The translations under genes and the position numbers were made by a program. The notes beneath the pieces are model-generated. The model ran no database searches. It saw nothing but the letters and a program-made list of their open reading frames with translations, and had not been told where the DNA came from. Below are positions 34,127 to 45,201 of a stretch of DNA of 64,000 bases, one piece after another; the first letter of the stretch is position 1; the number at the start of each line of letters is the position of its first letter. Origin of the DNA: an uncultured Acidobacteriota bacterium (GTDB lineage Bacteria; Acidobacteriota; JAQAZP01); contig CAWIIB010000009.1 in NCBI GenBank assembly GCA_963836075.1, positions 3,296,001 to 3,360,000 on the forward strand, given 5' to 3'.

Positions 34127-35860
34127 ATGTCCGTACCGGCTGCCAGAACGCTGATCATCGGTCTGGACGGGGGGACGTGGGACCTGATTCGCCCCTTCCA
34201 GGAGGCCGGCCACCTGCCGAACCTCGCCCGGCTGATGCGCCAGGGCGCCTGGGGCCCCCTGCGGTCGACCATCCCGCCGATGACCTTTCCCGCCTGGTCC
34301 ACCTTCATGACCGGGACCAACCCGGGCAAGCACGGCATCTTCGACTTCACCGTCCACCAGCCGGGGCGCTACGCCGTCCGGTACACCAATGCCACCTGGC
34401 GCCGGCAGCCCACCATCTGGTCCATCCTCTCCGGGCACGGCCTGCGGGTGGGCGCCATGGGATTTCCCACCACCTACCCGCCCGAGCCGGTGAACGGGTT
34501 CATGATTAGCGGGTTTGACGCACCGGTAACCACCGGCATCGATTCCTCCTTCGTCTACCCCCGCTCGCTGTACCACGAACTGCGGCGAAAAATCGGGCCC
34601 TACGCCATCACTGAGTTCCAGGAGATCGACATCGGCCCGGGATGGCACCGCGCGGCACTGGAGGGGCTCTTCTCGGCCCTGGGGCGCAAGATGGAGTACG
34701 CCCGCTACCTGCTGGAGCAGAAGGGGCCCTGGGACGTCTTCGGCGTCCTCTTCGGCGAGTCGGACACCGCGGCCCACCACTTCTGGCTCTTCCACGACAA
34801 GCTCTCGCCGCGGCACGACCCGCGGACCGGAGTGGAGTTCCGCGATGCCCTGCTCCGGGTATACCAGGCCCTGGACGCGGCGGTGGGGGAGCTGGTGGAG
34901 CGGGCCGGCGAGGGGGCCCGGGTGATGATCCTCTCCGACCACGGCTTTGGCGGCGCCGGGCTGAAGACGCTGCACATTAATCGCTGGCTCTGGAGCGAGG
35001 GGCTGCTGGAGTTCGTGCCGCGCCGCGGGGATTCGCTGGTCAACCGTCTCAAGAGCTGGGGCATGCGGCGGGTGCCGACGGCGCTGCAGGAACAGCTCTT
35101 CCGCCGTTTTTCAGGGCGCATCGCCTCGCGGATCGAGTCGGCCTCGCGCTACGGCTCGATCCATTGGCCGGGCACCCGGGCCTACTCCGACGAGCTGAAC
35201 TACTTCCCCTCCATCTGGATCAACCGCAAGGGCCGAGAGCCCGACGGCACCGTGTCCACCGCCGAGGAATACCGTTCCACCGTGCGGCTGATCCAGGAGC
35301 GCCTGGCCGGGTTGACCGACCCGGAGACCGGTGAGCCGGTGGTGGCCCGGGCCTGGCACCGCGATGAGCTCTACCACGGGCCATATGTCGAGCGGGCCCC
35401 GGACCTGGTGCTGGAGCTGAACCTCGACCGGGGGTATTCGTACAGCTGCCTGCCCACACCGGCAGCGGGGGACAGCCCGATCATCGCCAGGATTCCCCTG
35501 GAGGACCGGCTGGGGGCCAAGGGCAAGGGGATGAACGGGACCCACCGCCGCCACGGCATCCTGCTGCTCAGCGGCGAGGGCTGCCGTTCCGGGCTGGTGC
35601 AGGGGGCGGGGCTGGAGGATTTGGCGCCCACCCTGCTCCACCTGCTGGGTCTCGCGGTGCCGGCCGGGATGGACGGCCGGGTGCTGACGGAGGCGCTCTC
35701 CCCGGTCTGGCTGCGTGAGCAGCCGGTGCCCAGGTCGAGGGGGCAGGTTGACCGCGTGGTTCGAGGCCTTGAAAGGGAACCTTTGCGGTTCACGCCTGAG
35801 GAAGAGGAACTGCTCCGCCGGCGCCTGCAGGGGCTGGGATACCTGGAAAAAGATGACTGA
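34127..35860 (+). CDS. Alkaline phosphatase superfamily nucleotide pyrophosphatase/phosphodiesterase-type protein
   Basis: IGLDGG, STIPPMTFPAWSTFMTG, SDHGF, GTH; C-terminal LQGLGY; no signal peptide. Confidence 0.87.
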   Translation: MSVPAARTLIIGLDGGTWDLIRPFQEAGHLPNLARLMRQGAWGPLRSTIPPMTFPAWSTFMTGTNPGKHGIFDFTVHQPGRYAVRYTNATWRRQPTIWSILSGHGLRVGAMGFPTTYPPEPVNGFMISGFDAPVTTGIDSSFVYPRSLYHELRRKIGPYAITEFQEIDIGPGWHRAALEGLFSALGRKMEYARYLLEQKGPWDVFGVLFGESDTAAHHFWLFHDKLSPRHDPRTGVEFRDALLRVYQALDAAVGELVERAGEGARVMILSDHGFGGAGLKTLHINRWLWSEGLLEFVPRRGDSLVNRLKSWGMRRVPTALQEQLFRRFSGRIASRIESASRYGSIHWPGTRAYSDELNYFPSIWINRKGREPDGTVSTAEEYRSTVRLIQERLAGLTDPETGEPVVARAWHRDELYHGPYVERAPDLVLELNLDRGYSYSCLPTPAAGDSPIIARIPLEDRLGAKGKGMNGTHRRHGILLLSGEGCRSGLVQGAGLEDLAPTLLHLLGLAVPAGMDGRVLTEALSPVWLREQPVPRSRGQVDRVVRGLEREPLRFTPEEEELLRRRLQGLGYLEKDD

Positions 35861-37071
35861 GCCTCGCCGTTACCGCATCGCCATGGTGGCCGCCTGCCCC
35901 TTTCCCACCTGTCAGGGATCGCAGGTGCTGGTCAGGCAGACCGCCGAGTCCCTGGCCCGGCGCGGGCACCAGGTGCATCTGATCTGCTACCATTTTGGCG
36001 AGGAGATTCCGCTGCAAACATCGGAGCAGCTGGTGCTGCACCGCATCGCCTACCCTTCGATCTACCGCAAGTACCGGGCCGGGCCCTCGATCCAGAAGCC
36101 GCTGCTCGACGCGTTGATGGTCCGCTTGCTGCTCAAGGTGACCCGCCGTCACCGCATCCAGGTGGTCCACGCCCACAACTACGAAGCGCTGCTGGTGGGG
36201 CTCAGCTCCAGGCTGTTCAGCCGCACCCCGGTGGTTTTTCACTCGCACAACGCCATCAGCGACGAGTTGAGTTCCTTTTTTCGCTCCACCCGGGCCAGGC
36301 GGCTGGCCGACCGGGTGGGCGGGCTGATCGACGGCAGCATGCCCCGGCGGGCCGACCACGTGATCGCCATCAACGACGAACTGGAGCGCTTCTTTCTAGA
36401 CCATGGAGTGGGGGAGGGGCGGATCTCCTGCCTGCCCCCGGGGATCGCACTGGAGGAGTGGTCGGAAAGGCCCCTGGCCGACGGATCGCCGGAATCGGCC
36501 GCCCTGGAGGCGCTGGACCGCTGGCTGGGGGAGCAGGAATCGGTCGCTCTCTATGCCGGCAATCTCGATGACTACCAGAACCTGCCGCTGATGTTCCGTG
36601 CCTTTGTCCGGGTGCGTGCGCAACTGCCCCAGGCGAGGCTGGTGGTGGTCAGTCGCTCCGACCCCCGACCGTACCAGGGAACTGACCGCCGAACTGGGCC
36701 TGGCCGATGTTGTTCTGTTCGTCGATCACACCAGCTTTCAGCTGGCCCGCCAGGTCTTCCGCCGCTGCCGGGTGGCCTTGCTGCCCCGGATCTCATGGTG
36801 CGGTTTCCCGATCAAGCTGCTCAACTACATGGCCGCCGGCCTGCCGGTAGTGGCCAGCCAGGGCAGCGCCAAGATCGTCTACCACGGTGAATCGGGCCTG
36901 GTGGTGCCGGATGGCGACGAGGAGGGTTTTGCCGCAGCCGTGACCCGGCTGCTGTCCGAGCCTGACACCGCCAGGGCCATGGGCCATGCCGGACGGCAGC
37001 GCGTGGAAGCGGAACATGGCTGGGATACGCACACCCACCGGCTGGAAGAGATTTACGCCTCCCTGGTCTGA
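35853..37071 (+). CDS. Glycosyltransferase family 4, +1 frameshift near 36678
   Basis: LARRGHQVHLI, VHAHN, YAGNL, then GFPIKLLNYMAAGLPVV in the second frame; join at TAC CAG G GAA CTG. Confidence 0.85.
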
Positions 37072-37120
37072 ATGCAACAGAATGGGGCCCCTTCTGTTGC
37101 ACGCCCTGGACTCTCACCCC

Positions 37121-40100
37121 TCATGGCGCGTAGGTCGTCACCACCTGCAGGCTGGTGTCCGTATCACCCGCCGGCGCGTACGGCGGAAAGTTGTATGGCG
37201 GCGGTGTCACGTCCTCGGCCACCAGGCGAAAGCGATTCTCGCCGATCACCGTGGCCAGGGCCGGGATGTTCTGCATCCAGCTGGTGGTATAGTTCTCACC
37301 GGGGGAGAGGTTGGTATAGCCGGCTCGCCAATTCGGGAAGTAGGACTTGTTGGCCAGGACCACGTCGATGCGCGCCGCCATCCGCCGGGTCTGCTCGCTG
37401 TGGTTGTTTACCAGGGAGATCGACATCAGGGTGCTGAAGGGCACTGTTCCAACCGAAGGCACCGAGGTGATCGTGGCCGAGATCGTGGGGGGCAGGGCGT
37501 GGCACAGTTCCAGGTGGCTCGGTTCCATGCCCCAGTTTTCCATGAACGGGTTCTCAGCGGGCGGCGAGATGGCGGTAGAGGTCATGGTGTAGCCGCCGCC
37601 GGGCGGGTACTGGTCCGAGGTGATCAGCGTCTCGCTGCTGAACAGGTAGCAGTTTCTCACCATGCCGTCTCTGTCGGTGTGTGCCACGAACGCCTGCACA
37701 CTGGACGAACCGAAGCTGGTCGTGGACCCGGCAGCGGCAAAGCCGTCCTCGTGGACCACCAGGGCTTCGAAATTGTCTTCGCCGCCACTACCGATCCGGT
37801 GGGCCCAGAGTGCTTGCCCCTCACTGTCGAAACGGCAGAGTAGGGCGTCATTTGTCGCTCCCCGTACCTGACTGATCCTCCCGCATCCCACCACATCGCC
37901 GTCCCCGGTCGGCTTCAGGTCGTAAAGACTTTCGTAGTTCGATGTCTCCGCTGTGCGGAACCACTGGCGGGTGCCGTTGCCGGCCAGCTTGACCAGCAGG
38001 ATGTCGGTGTCGCCGTAGCTGTTGGTGTGACCGCCGAGCAGCAGGTCGCCACCCGACAGTTCAACTATGCCGTAAAACCTGTCGACACCGGCGCTCCCCG
38101 ACTGAGAGCACCAGGTGAAGCTGCCGTCATCCTCCATGCGAACGGCGATGGCATCCTGGTCGCCACCGTCCGGGTTGGAGTAGCCGGCAATCACCGATCC
38201 TCCGCCGCTGAGCGCTATGCCCCGGAGGCCCACTTCGTTCTGCGCTGTACCCAGCGTCCGCACGGACGGCACGGTGCCGGCGGATGTCAACTCCACCGCC
38301 AGCAGGTCGAACAGCCCTTCACCGTAGCTGTCGGTGTTGCCCACAGCCAGGTAGTTCCCGTCGGATTTCCGGTGGATCGACCAGAGCCGGTCGAACTGGG
38401 TGCCGCCGGTGACCGAGGTCCAGAGCACGGCGCCGCCGGAGTCGAAGCGCATCATCAGCGCATCATCCAGGCCGGCGCCGTAGGTGCTCGTGTATCCCAC
38501 CACAATGCATCCGCCGTCGTCGGTGACCAGCAGGTCACGGGGGATTTCATCGTACATGCCGCCGGCTTCCCTGGCCCATTCCAGATCGCCCAGGGCGTCG
38601 TATTTGAGCAGCAGCACATCGGTGTTGTAGATACCCACCCAGGACTGGGTGGCCACGAGGTAGCCCTGGTCAGGGGTTTGCCCTATGGCATCGGCCCAGT
38701 CCGGGTCGTCGCGGCCGCTGGCCACCAGCCAGTATTCGGGGTCCAGGGGTTCATAATCGCATAGGGAATCCCAGTAGAAATACGGATTGACGGCGGTGGT
38801 GGTGTAAGCCTGTTCGCCCAGGGTCACCGGGGAGACAGCGAGGGTCACCGCGGACCAGGCCGGCGTTTGCAGCGGTGAGTAGGTGTCCCAGGTGCGGATG
38901 TGGGGGCACCCCGGAACCTGACCGTTGGCGTCCACCGCCGCCAGTATCGTATCCTGTTCGCCCGTGCCGAAGGGGGTCCTGGTGCCGGCCAGCAGATAGC
39001 CCCCGCCAGGCCGGTTGTGTACCTGGCCGGCACGCTCGAAGCCGTCATCCCCCAGGATACGGACCCACTGCAGACCGCCCACGTCGTCGAAGTCGATCAG
39101 CAGGACGTCCTCTAACACGCCGCCGTCGTCACTATCGCCGCACACCATGAATCCGCCCCCCTCTCGAAGGGCCAGGGTTTCTCCGCTCTCATCCACGCCC
39201 GCGTCGCCCAGGGAGCGGGCCCAGTAGAGCGTTCCATTGGCGCCGAACCGGGCCACCAGGACATCCTTGGTGCCGGAGGGGTCGTAGTCCTGGGTGGCAC
39301 CGGAGGCGAAAAAATCACCATTTGGTGCTTCCACGGCATCGAACAGATAGGAGTAGCCGACATCATCCCCCACCACCGTGGTCCAGGAGACCGTGGTTGT
39401 GTCGGCGAACTTGATCAGCAGGCCCTGGGCGTGTGTGGCGAAACTGCTCGACCAGCCGGTGGCGATGAAGCCGCCATCACTGGTGGCGCTGAAGGACCGG
39501 AGGATATCGTTGCTCGAGTCGCCGACGACGGTGGTCTGGATCAAATCACCGGTGAAGTCGAACTCCAGCAGCAACACATCGACACTGCCCGGTCCGTATC
39601 CGGATCCGTGCGCACCGACGGCCAGGGTGTCGTCGGTGGTGAGGCAGATGCCCGCAGGGTAGATGGCGGCAGAGCTGCCGGCAAGACGGGTCCACTGGAT
39701 CGTGCCGTTGGTGTTGTATCTCACCAGCAGAACCCGTGGTTCTTCTTCACCCAGGACTTCGGTCTTGCCCACCGCCACGAAGGTCCCGTCGGGCAGCTCA
39801 CAGACGGCTGTGTAAAAGTCGTTCCCCCCGAGGTTCAGAGCGGAGGCCCAGACCAGGTCCCCCTCGGCATCGTGTCTCATCAGGTGGGCATCAAAGAAAT
39901 TTCCGGCGGAATTCCAACTGTATCCGGCCACCACCGAGCCGCCGTCAGCGGTCACGATCATATCCATCGCGTAATCGTAGTCGGGGCCTCCTCCATAGTC
40001 GAGGAACAGGTGGTCCCCATCGGCCCGGCTTTTTCCATGGAGGCCAGCTGCATATTCCGCGGTGACGTCTCTGGACTGAACGTCCACGTGGTGAACCGCT

Positions 40101-40216
40101 GTCTCCACATCCACGGATCGTGTCTGGAAATCTGCTGCGGAAACCGCGGCAGGAGCGGTAACGGCCAAAAGGGCAGTGAGGAAAACAGACAGAACGATGA
40201 TGTGTTTCCGGATCAT
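37121..40216 (-). CDS. Large secreted tandem beta-propeller-like repeat protein with shared C-terminal domain
   Basis: Signal peptide; about 14 repeats of the type DGGxxxxG...DxLLxKxDxxGxxxW; C-terminal ~120 aa similar to the end of the 42644-45164 protein; alternative TTG start at 40261. Confidence 0.8.
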   Translation of the reverse strand: MIRKHIIVLSVFLTALLAVTAPAAVSAADFQTRSVDVETAVHHVDVQSRDVTAEYAAGLHGKSRADGDHLFLDYGGGPDYDYAMDMIVTADGGSVVAGYSWNSAGNFFDAHLMRHDAEGDLVWASALNLGGNDFYTAVCELPDGTFVAVGKTEVLGEEEPRVLLVRYNTNGTIQWTRLAGSSAAIYPAGICLTTDDTLAVGAHGSGYGPGSVDVLLLEFDFTGDLIQTTVVGDSSNDILRSFSATSDGGFIATGWSSSFATHAQGLLIKFADTTTVSWTTVVGDDVGYSYLFDAVEAPNGDFFASGATQDYDPSGTKDVLVARFGANGTLYWARSLGDAGVDESGETLALREGGGFMVCGDSDDGGVLEDVLLIDFDDVGGLQWVRILGDDGFERAGQVHNRPGGGYLLAGTRTPFGTGEQDTILAAVDANGQVPGCPHIRTWDTYSPLQTPAWSAVTLAVSPVTLGEQAYTTTAVNPYFYWDSLCDYEPLDPEYWLVASGRDDPDWADAIGQTPDQGYLVATQSWVGIYNTDVLLLKYDALGDLEWAREAGGMYDEIPRDLLVTDDGGCIVVGYTSTYGAGLDDALMMRFDSGGAVLWTSVTGGTQFDRLWSIHRKSDGNYLAVGNTDSYGEGLFDLLAVELTSAGTVPSVRTLGTAQNEVGLRGIALSGGGSVIAGYSNPDGGDQDAIAVRMEDDGSFTWCSQSGSAGVDRFYGIVELSGGDLLLGGHTNSYGDTDILLVKLAGNGTRQWFRTAETSNYESLYDLKPTGDGDVVGCGRISQVRGATNDALLCRFDSEGQALWAHRIGSGGEDNFEALVVHEDGFAAAGSTTSFGSSSVQAFVAHTDRDGMVRNCYLFSSETLITSDQYPPGGGYTMTSTAISPPAENPFMENWGMEPSHLELCHALPPTISATITSVPSVGTVPFSTLMSISLVNNHSEQTRRMAARIDVVLANKSYFPNWRAGYTNLSPGENYTTSWMQNIPALATVIGENRFRLVAEDVTPPPYNFPPYAPAGDTDTSLQVVTTYAP

Positions 40217-40314
40217 GGTGGGCAAGCTCCTGTGGAAGAAGATTGGTTGGGATCTATTCAAATTTTCCTCGGAGGGTCGACGGGAAAACGAGACGAGAAA
40301 AAACCTATGAGGAA

Positions 40315-40343
40315 AATGTAAGTTCTGACGTGGGCTTTGTCAA
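40315..40343 (-). promoter_or_regulatory. Sigma-70-type promoter for the beta-propeller gene
   Basis: - strand TTGACA-N17-TACATT. Confidence 0.65.
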
Positions 40344-40406
40344 GGCGAGGAGATGAAACAGGTTTTTGCATGCAACAAAAGGTGCCTGCCCCATTCTGTT
40401 GCGTTT

Positions 40407-41375
40407 TCAGCAGGAGTGGTGGACCGTGGTGAAGGGGATGACCAGCGGGAAGCGGTCGGACAGTTCCTCCACCAGGCGGTGCTGTTCACCAGGGGCGGTG
40501 AGGGCAATGACAGCCCCGCCGCCGCCTGAGCCGGTGAGCTTGGCCCCCAGGACGCCTTTCTGCCGGCGCAGCAGGGCAGTGGCCCGGTCGAGTTCAGGCG
40601 TGGAGACACCCAGTTGAGCCAGCAGCTCGTGGTTGCGGTTCATCAGCTCGCCGGTTTTGGCCAGGTTGCCGGAGACCAGAAGGCTGCTCGCCTCTTCCGC
40701 AATCCGGCCGATTTCATTGAGCAATCCCTTGACCAGCCGTTCGTCCAGGACCAGGTTCTGGCGCACCCTGCGCACCTGCTCCAGGGTGGAGGCTCCAGGT
40801 TCGACGATACCGATCAGGCCCGACGGCGGGGTGGGGATGCGGAGGGGCAGGATTTCCCGCGGGGGCCCCTTGCGAAACCGGAGCACGCCATCGGCCAGCA
40901 CGGTGGCGGCGTCCATGCCGCTGGGGTTGCCGTGAAAGATCGATTCCAGCTGCTGCACGTCGTCGAAGAGCGTGCTCTCGCTGTCGCTCTCCTCATGTCC
41001 GGCATGGCGGCGCAGGGCCTTGCAGACCCCGGCGGAGAATGCCGCCGAAGAACCGAGACCCATACCCACCGGCAGGTCCGACTCCACCTCCAGGGCGATG
41101 GGCTCCTGTTCCAGGTTGTAGATCGAGAGGCCCTGCTGCACCGCCCGGGAGAAGAGATCGAAGCTCGACTCCGGTTCGGTCTCGCCGAAATACTGCTTGA
41201 ACCGCGGGCGGACCAGCCGCGGCCCCCGGGGATCGTGGCTCACCCGGATGCGCATTCCGATGTCGATGGGGGCGGCGATGCCGGGATGGCCGTAAACCGT
41301 GGCGTGCTCGCCAAAGAGAATCAGCTTCCCCGGAGCCGGTACCTCGAAGGGCAGGTTGGCCTGATTTCTGTTCAT
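40407..41375 (-). CDS. mvk: Mevalonate kinase (GHMP family)
   Basis: PGKLILFGEHATVYG, PVGMGLGSSAA, HGNPSGMD and GAKLTGSGGGG motifs. Confidence 0.92.
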   Translation of the reverse strand: MNRNQANLPFEVPAPGKLILFGEHATVYGHPGIAAPIDIGMRIRVSHDPRGPRLVRPRFKQYFGETEPESSFDLFSRAVQQGLSIYNLEQEPIALEVESDLPVGMGLGSSAAFSAGVCKALRRHAGHEESDSESTLFDDVQQLESIFHGNPSGMDAATVLADGVLRFRKGPPREILPLRIPTPPSGLIGIVEPGASTLEQVRRVRQNLVLDERLVKGLLNEIGRIAEEASSLLVSGNLAKTGELMNRNHELLAQLGVSTPELDRATALLRRQKGVLGAKLTGSGGGGAVIALTAPGEQHRLVEELSDRFPLVIPFTTVHHSC

Positions 41376-41382
41376 TGGGCGT

Positions 41383-42459
41383 TTACGATTCGTGCCATCC
41401 CTTGGCGGAGAGCCAGCGGAACAGTTCCCCGGTGTAGACCCGGGGCGCCCGCTTCAAGGCAGCGAGGTCTCCGGCCCCGGTGAGCACCATGGCGTTTTTC
41501 AACTCACGAATCACCCGGTCCACATACTGGTCCGCGCCGTGGACGCCCCCTTCGCGGTAGGCGAGGAACACCGAGCGGGCAAAACCGACCAGGTCGGCGC
41601 CGGCGGCGATGGCCCGTGCGGCGTCGAGACCGGTGATGATCCCCCCGGCGCCGATGATGCAGGTGCCGGGACGGCAGGTCCTGCGGGCGGCGATGATGCT
41701 GAAAGCGGTGGGAATGCCCCAGTCGGCAAAGGTACCGGCGATCTGCCTCGAGGAGTCGTCAACTTCGCGGTGCATCTCCACCTTGGTCCAGGAGGTGCCC
41801 CCGGCCCCGGCCACATCGATGCAGGTGACCCCGGCCCGGTCGAGCATGGCCAGGGTCTCAGGGCTCATTCCTGCGCCGGTCTCCTTGACCAGTACCCTGC
41901 CGGGGATGCGTTTGACCAGCTTTTCCAGAGCGTTGAGGATTCCGCCGAAGTTGCAGTCCCCCTCGGGCTGCACCAGCTCCTGGGCCGGGTTGAGGTGGAT
42001 GCAGATGGCGTCGGCCTCGATCTGTTCCTTGAGCCCGGCGATGGCGGCGGTATCGTATTCCAGCAACTGGGCCCCGCCGATGTTGCCCAGCAGTACCGAC
42101 TCGGGGATGTGACTGCGCACGGCGAAGTCGGTGAGCGCCTCGGGGTGGTCGAGGATCACCCGCTGGCTGCCCACCCCGAACCCGATGCCATGCTCGGCGG
42201 CCACGGTGGCCAGATCACGATTCATCGCCCCGGCCAGCTCGGTGCCGCCGGACATGCTGGTGATCAGCAGCGGGGCCCTGAGCTTCCGCCCGAAGAACTC
42301 CACCGATGTGTCCACACTGTCCAGGTCGATTTCGGGCAGGGCCTGGTGGAACAGCCGCACGTGCTCCAGCAGGGTGGTGGACGCGTGGGCCACCGGTTCC
42401 TCGGCCACGATCCGCAGGTGATCGGCCTTTCTCGTCCTGATTTGATGGTCCCTGGCCAT
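41383..42459 (-). CDS. fni: Type 2 isopentenyl-diphosphate delta-isomerase (FMN-dependent)
   Basis: RKADH, SMSGG, GSQR, HLNPAQE, KETGAG and GAGGTSW motifs. Confidence 0.95.
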   Translation of the reverse strand: MARDHQIRTRKADHLRIVAEEPVAHASTTLLEHVRLFHQALPEIDLDSVDTSVEFFGRKLRAPLLITSMSGGTELAGAMNRDLATVAAEHGIGFGVGSQRVILDHPEALTDFAVRSHIPESVLLGNIGGAQLLEYDTAAIAGLKEQIEADAICIHLNPAQELVQPEGDCNFGGILNALEKLVKRIPGRVLVKETGAGMSPETLAMLDRAGVTCIDVAGAGGTSWTKVEMHREVDDSSRQIAGTFADWGIPTAFSIIAARRTCRPGTCIIGAGGIITGLDAARAIAAGADLVGFARSVFLAYREGGVHGADQYVDRVIRELKNAMVLTGAGDLAALKRAPRVYTGELFRWLSAKGWHES

Positions 42460-42490
42460 GTCTCCTCGACTGAAAAGTTATATCCGAAAG

Positions 42491-42518
42491 ATGTTAGAAC
42501 ATTTTTCCAGTCTGTCAA
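42491..42518 (-). promoter_or_regulatory. Sigma-70-type promoter for fni-mvk
   Basis: - strand TTGACA-N16-TAACAT. Confidence 0.55.
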
Positions 42519-42593
42519 GGAATTCCTGTGCTGCCGAGCCTGTCCGGCAACCTGTCCGGGCCCCACTCGTCCCCGTCGGCCACCGAAGAAAAC

Positions 42594-42622
42594 TTGACCC
42601 CGTATAAGGAAAGACCTACACT
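42594..42622 (+). promoter_or_regulatory. Sigma-70-type promoter for the FG-GAP gene
   Basis: TTGACC-N17-TACACT upstream of GGAGG and ATG 42644. Confidence 0.55.
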
Positions 42623-42643
42623 TTCCAAAATGGAGGGCGAGCC

Positions 42644-45164
42644 ATGAACACTCTTCTGCGCCACCTTCTCCCTTTCGTTATCGTTGCGGTACTACTTACA
42701 TTCTGTTCCGGTTTGTCGGCCCTGGCCCACCCCTGGCTCTTCGAGGCGAGGATGGACTTTTTTGCCAACGATGAACCGGGAGGCATCGCCCATGGCGATT
42801 TCGATGCCGATGGTGCCGTCGATCTGGCGGTGACCAATTACGGATTGGAAACGATCACGATTTTCTTGGGCAAGGGGGACGGCACCTTCGATGAGCTGGG
42901 AGTATACGTCGTGGGGCACGAACCCTCATCGCTGGCCGCCGGGGACCTGAACGGCGACGGCCGGCCGGACCTTGCGGTATCCATGACATCTCCAGGATCG
43001 GTGCATGTTCTGCTGGGCAATGGTGACGGCACCTTCCAGGATGCCGTGCCCTACGGGACCGCTTCCGGCACGTATTGCGTGGTCATCGCCCACCTGGACT
43101 CCGATACGATTCCCGATCTGGTCACATCCAATTTTTACGAGGACTCTGTTTCCGTCTTTCTGGGCAACGGGGATGGAACATTCGAACATCTGGGAGACCA
43201 AGGCGCCGGTGACGGTCCCGCGTGGGTGGCCGTGGACGATTTTGACGGTGACGGGGATTCCGATCTGGTTACGGCCAATGCCTTTGCCCACACTGTCCGC
43301 ATTCTCCTGGGAAACGGAGACGGCAGTTTCCAGGCCGGCGCGGCCTACCAGGCTGGAAGCGACCCGAGGTCGGTGGCTGTGGGCCTGTTCAACGATGACA
43401 GCCACCCGGACCTGGTGGCGGCCAATCACCAGTCGGACTATCTCTCGCTGTTTCTGGGCAACGGTGATGGTACGTTCCAGCAGGCAATACAGATCGATTC
43501 CCACTTCAACATCCGTTCCCTCTCCGTTTCCGACCTTGATGAGGATGGTCATCAGGACCTGGTGACGGCAAATGTTGGAGACGATACGATCTCGGTGATG
43601 GCCGGCAACGGAAACGGCACTTTCGACGCGGCTGTGGACTACCGTACCGCCGAAGCCCCGTTGGACGTTGCGGTCGTGGACCTGGACGGTGACGGAATGT
43701 CCGATCTCAGTGTGGTGAACTTCTGGAGTGACAACATCTCGACATTCAGGGGTAACGGGGACGCCACCTTTGTTGTGCCGTTCTCCATCGAGGTCCATGA
43801 ACATCCCTGGTCGGTGGCCGCTGCAGATTTCAACGGCGACTCCATCCTCGACCTGGTGTCCGGCTCCGGGGTAGAGAGTTTGATCTCAGGTCCTGCTGGG
43901 ATACGGTGACGGCACCTTCCAGACTCCCGTGGACTATTCCGTGGGCGAAGAGCCGCAATCGATCGCCGTACGTGATCTGAACGGTGACGGCGCCCCTGAT
44001 CTGGTCACCGCCAACTACGACTCTGACGACCTGTCGGTGCTGCTGGGCAATGGTGACGGAACATTCCAGTCCGCGGTGGCGTACCAGGTCGGTAACGGTC
44101 CCGAATCGGTGGCCGCCGGCGACCTGGATGGTGACGGCATTCCCGACCTGATGGCGGCCAACAAGTACACCGACGATGTATCGGTGCTGCGGGGCAATGG
44201 TGACGGCACGTTTCAGGCCGCGGCATCGTTTCCAGCCGGTGATTCGCCAGGCGGAATGGCCGCCGGCGACCTGGACGGCGACGGGGCTCTCGACCTGGGC
44301 GTGGCCACGATGGATGGCCTCGCCGTGCTTGCGGGGAATGGTGGGGGGGCATTTGGGAACCCCGTGTTCTACCCGGCAGGCCCGGACCCCTCCGCCGTGG
44401 TCATCGGCGATTTTGATGAGAACGGCATCCCGGACCTGGCGGTGACCAACTACGAGAGCGACTATATTTCAATGTTTCTGGGTGTCGGTGACGGCACCTT
44501 TCAGGCCGCCATGAACCACGCGGTGGGCGACAAGCCCTATGCCATTGTCGCCGGCGATCTGGACGGGGACTTTCACCTCGACCTGGCGGTGGGGAACATC
44601 ATCAGCAACAATGTCGCCGTCCTGCCGGGCCACGGTGACGGCACCTTCGGCGACGTCTTGTTCTACGGTGCCGGATCCGGTCCTCCGACCCTCGCCATCG
44701 GAGACTTTGACCGGGATCGCCACCTCGACCTGGTTTCACCATCCACCGCCGACAGTCACCTTGAGCTGCTCTTCAACACCACCGGCCTGGTCAAGGGCAC
44801 CATCTGTGCCGGCCTGGACTGCACACCGTCCTGGGGCACACTGCCGTTCCCCGTCACCATGTCGGTGAGGGTGGACAACCTCTATCCCGGGCAGACCCGG
44901 CAGTTCGACGCCCGGATCCACGCCACCCTGGCCAGCGGCCAGTCCATTTACAGCTGGAAGGAGGGGTACCTGAACATCGCCGGCGGCTCCAGCCACACCG
45001 TATCCTGGACCCAGGGCTTTCCGCTGCACGACTCCCTGGTGGGCGAAAACCTCTTCATTCTGGGGACCGAGGATGTCACCCCCACACCCTTCAACCAGCC
45101 ACCCTACCCGCCGGCCGGGGACAAGTGGGGGGATGACTGCACGGTGACCGGCATGGCCCCATGA
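42644..45164 (+). CDS. Secreted FG-GAP/VCBS repeat protein with shared C-terminal domain, +1 frameshift near 43890
   Basis: About 14 GD(L/F)xGDGxxDL...LGNGDGTF repeats across two ORFs; join at ATC TCA G GTC CTG CTG GGA. Confidence 0.85.
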
Positions 45165-45172
45165 ACCGGCGA

Positions 45173-45201
45173 TTGACTGCATGTCGGCGGTGACATATCC
45201 T
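45173..45201 (+). promoter_or_regulatory. Sigma-70-type promoter for the UbiD-AcnX-ipk operon
   Basis: TTGACT-N17-TATCCT; AGGAGG before ATG 45267. Confidence 0.55.
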
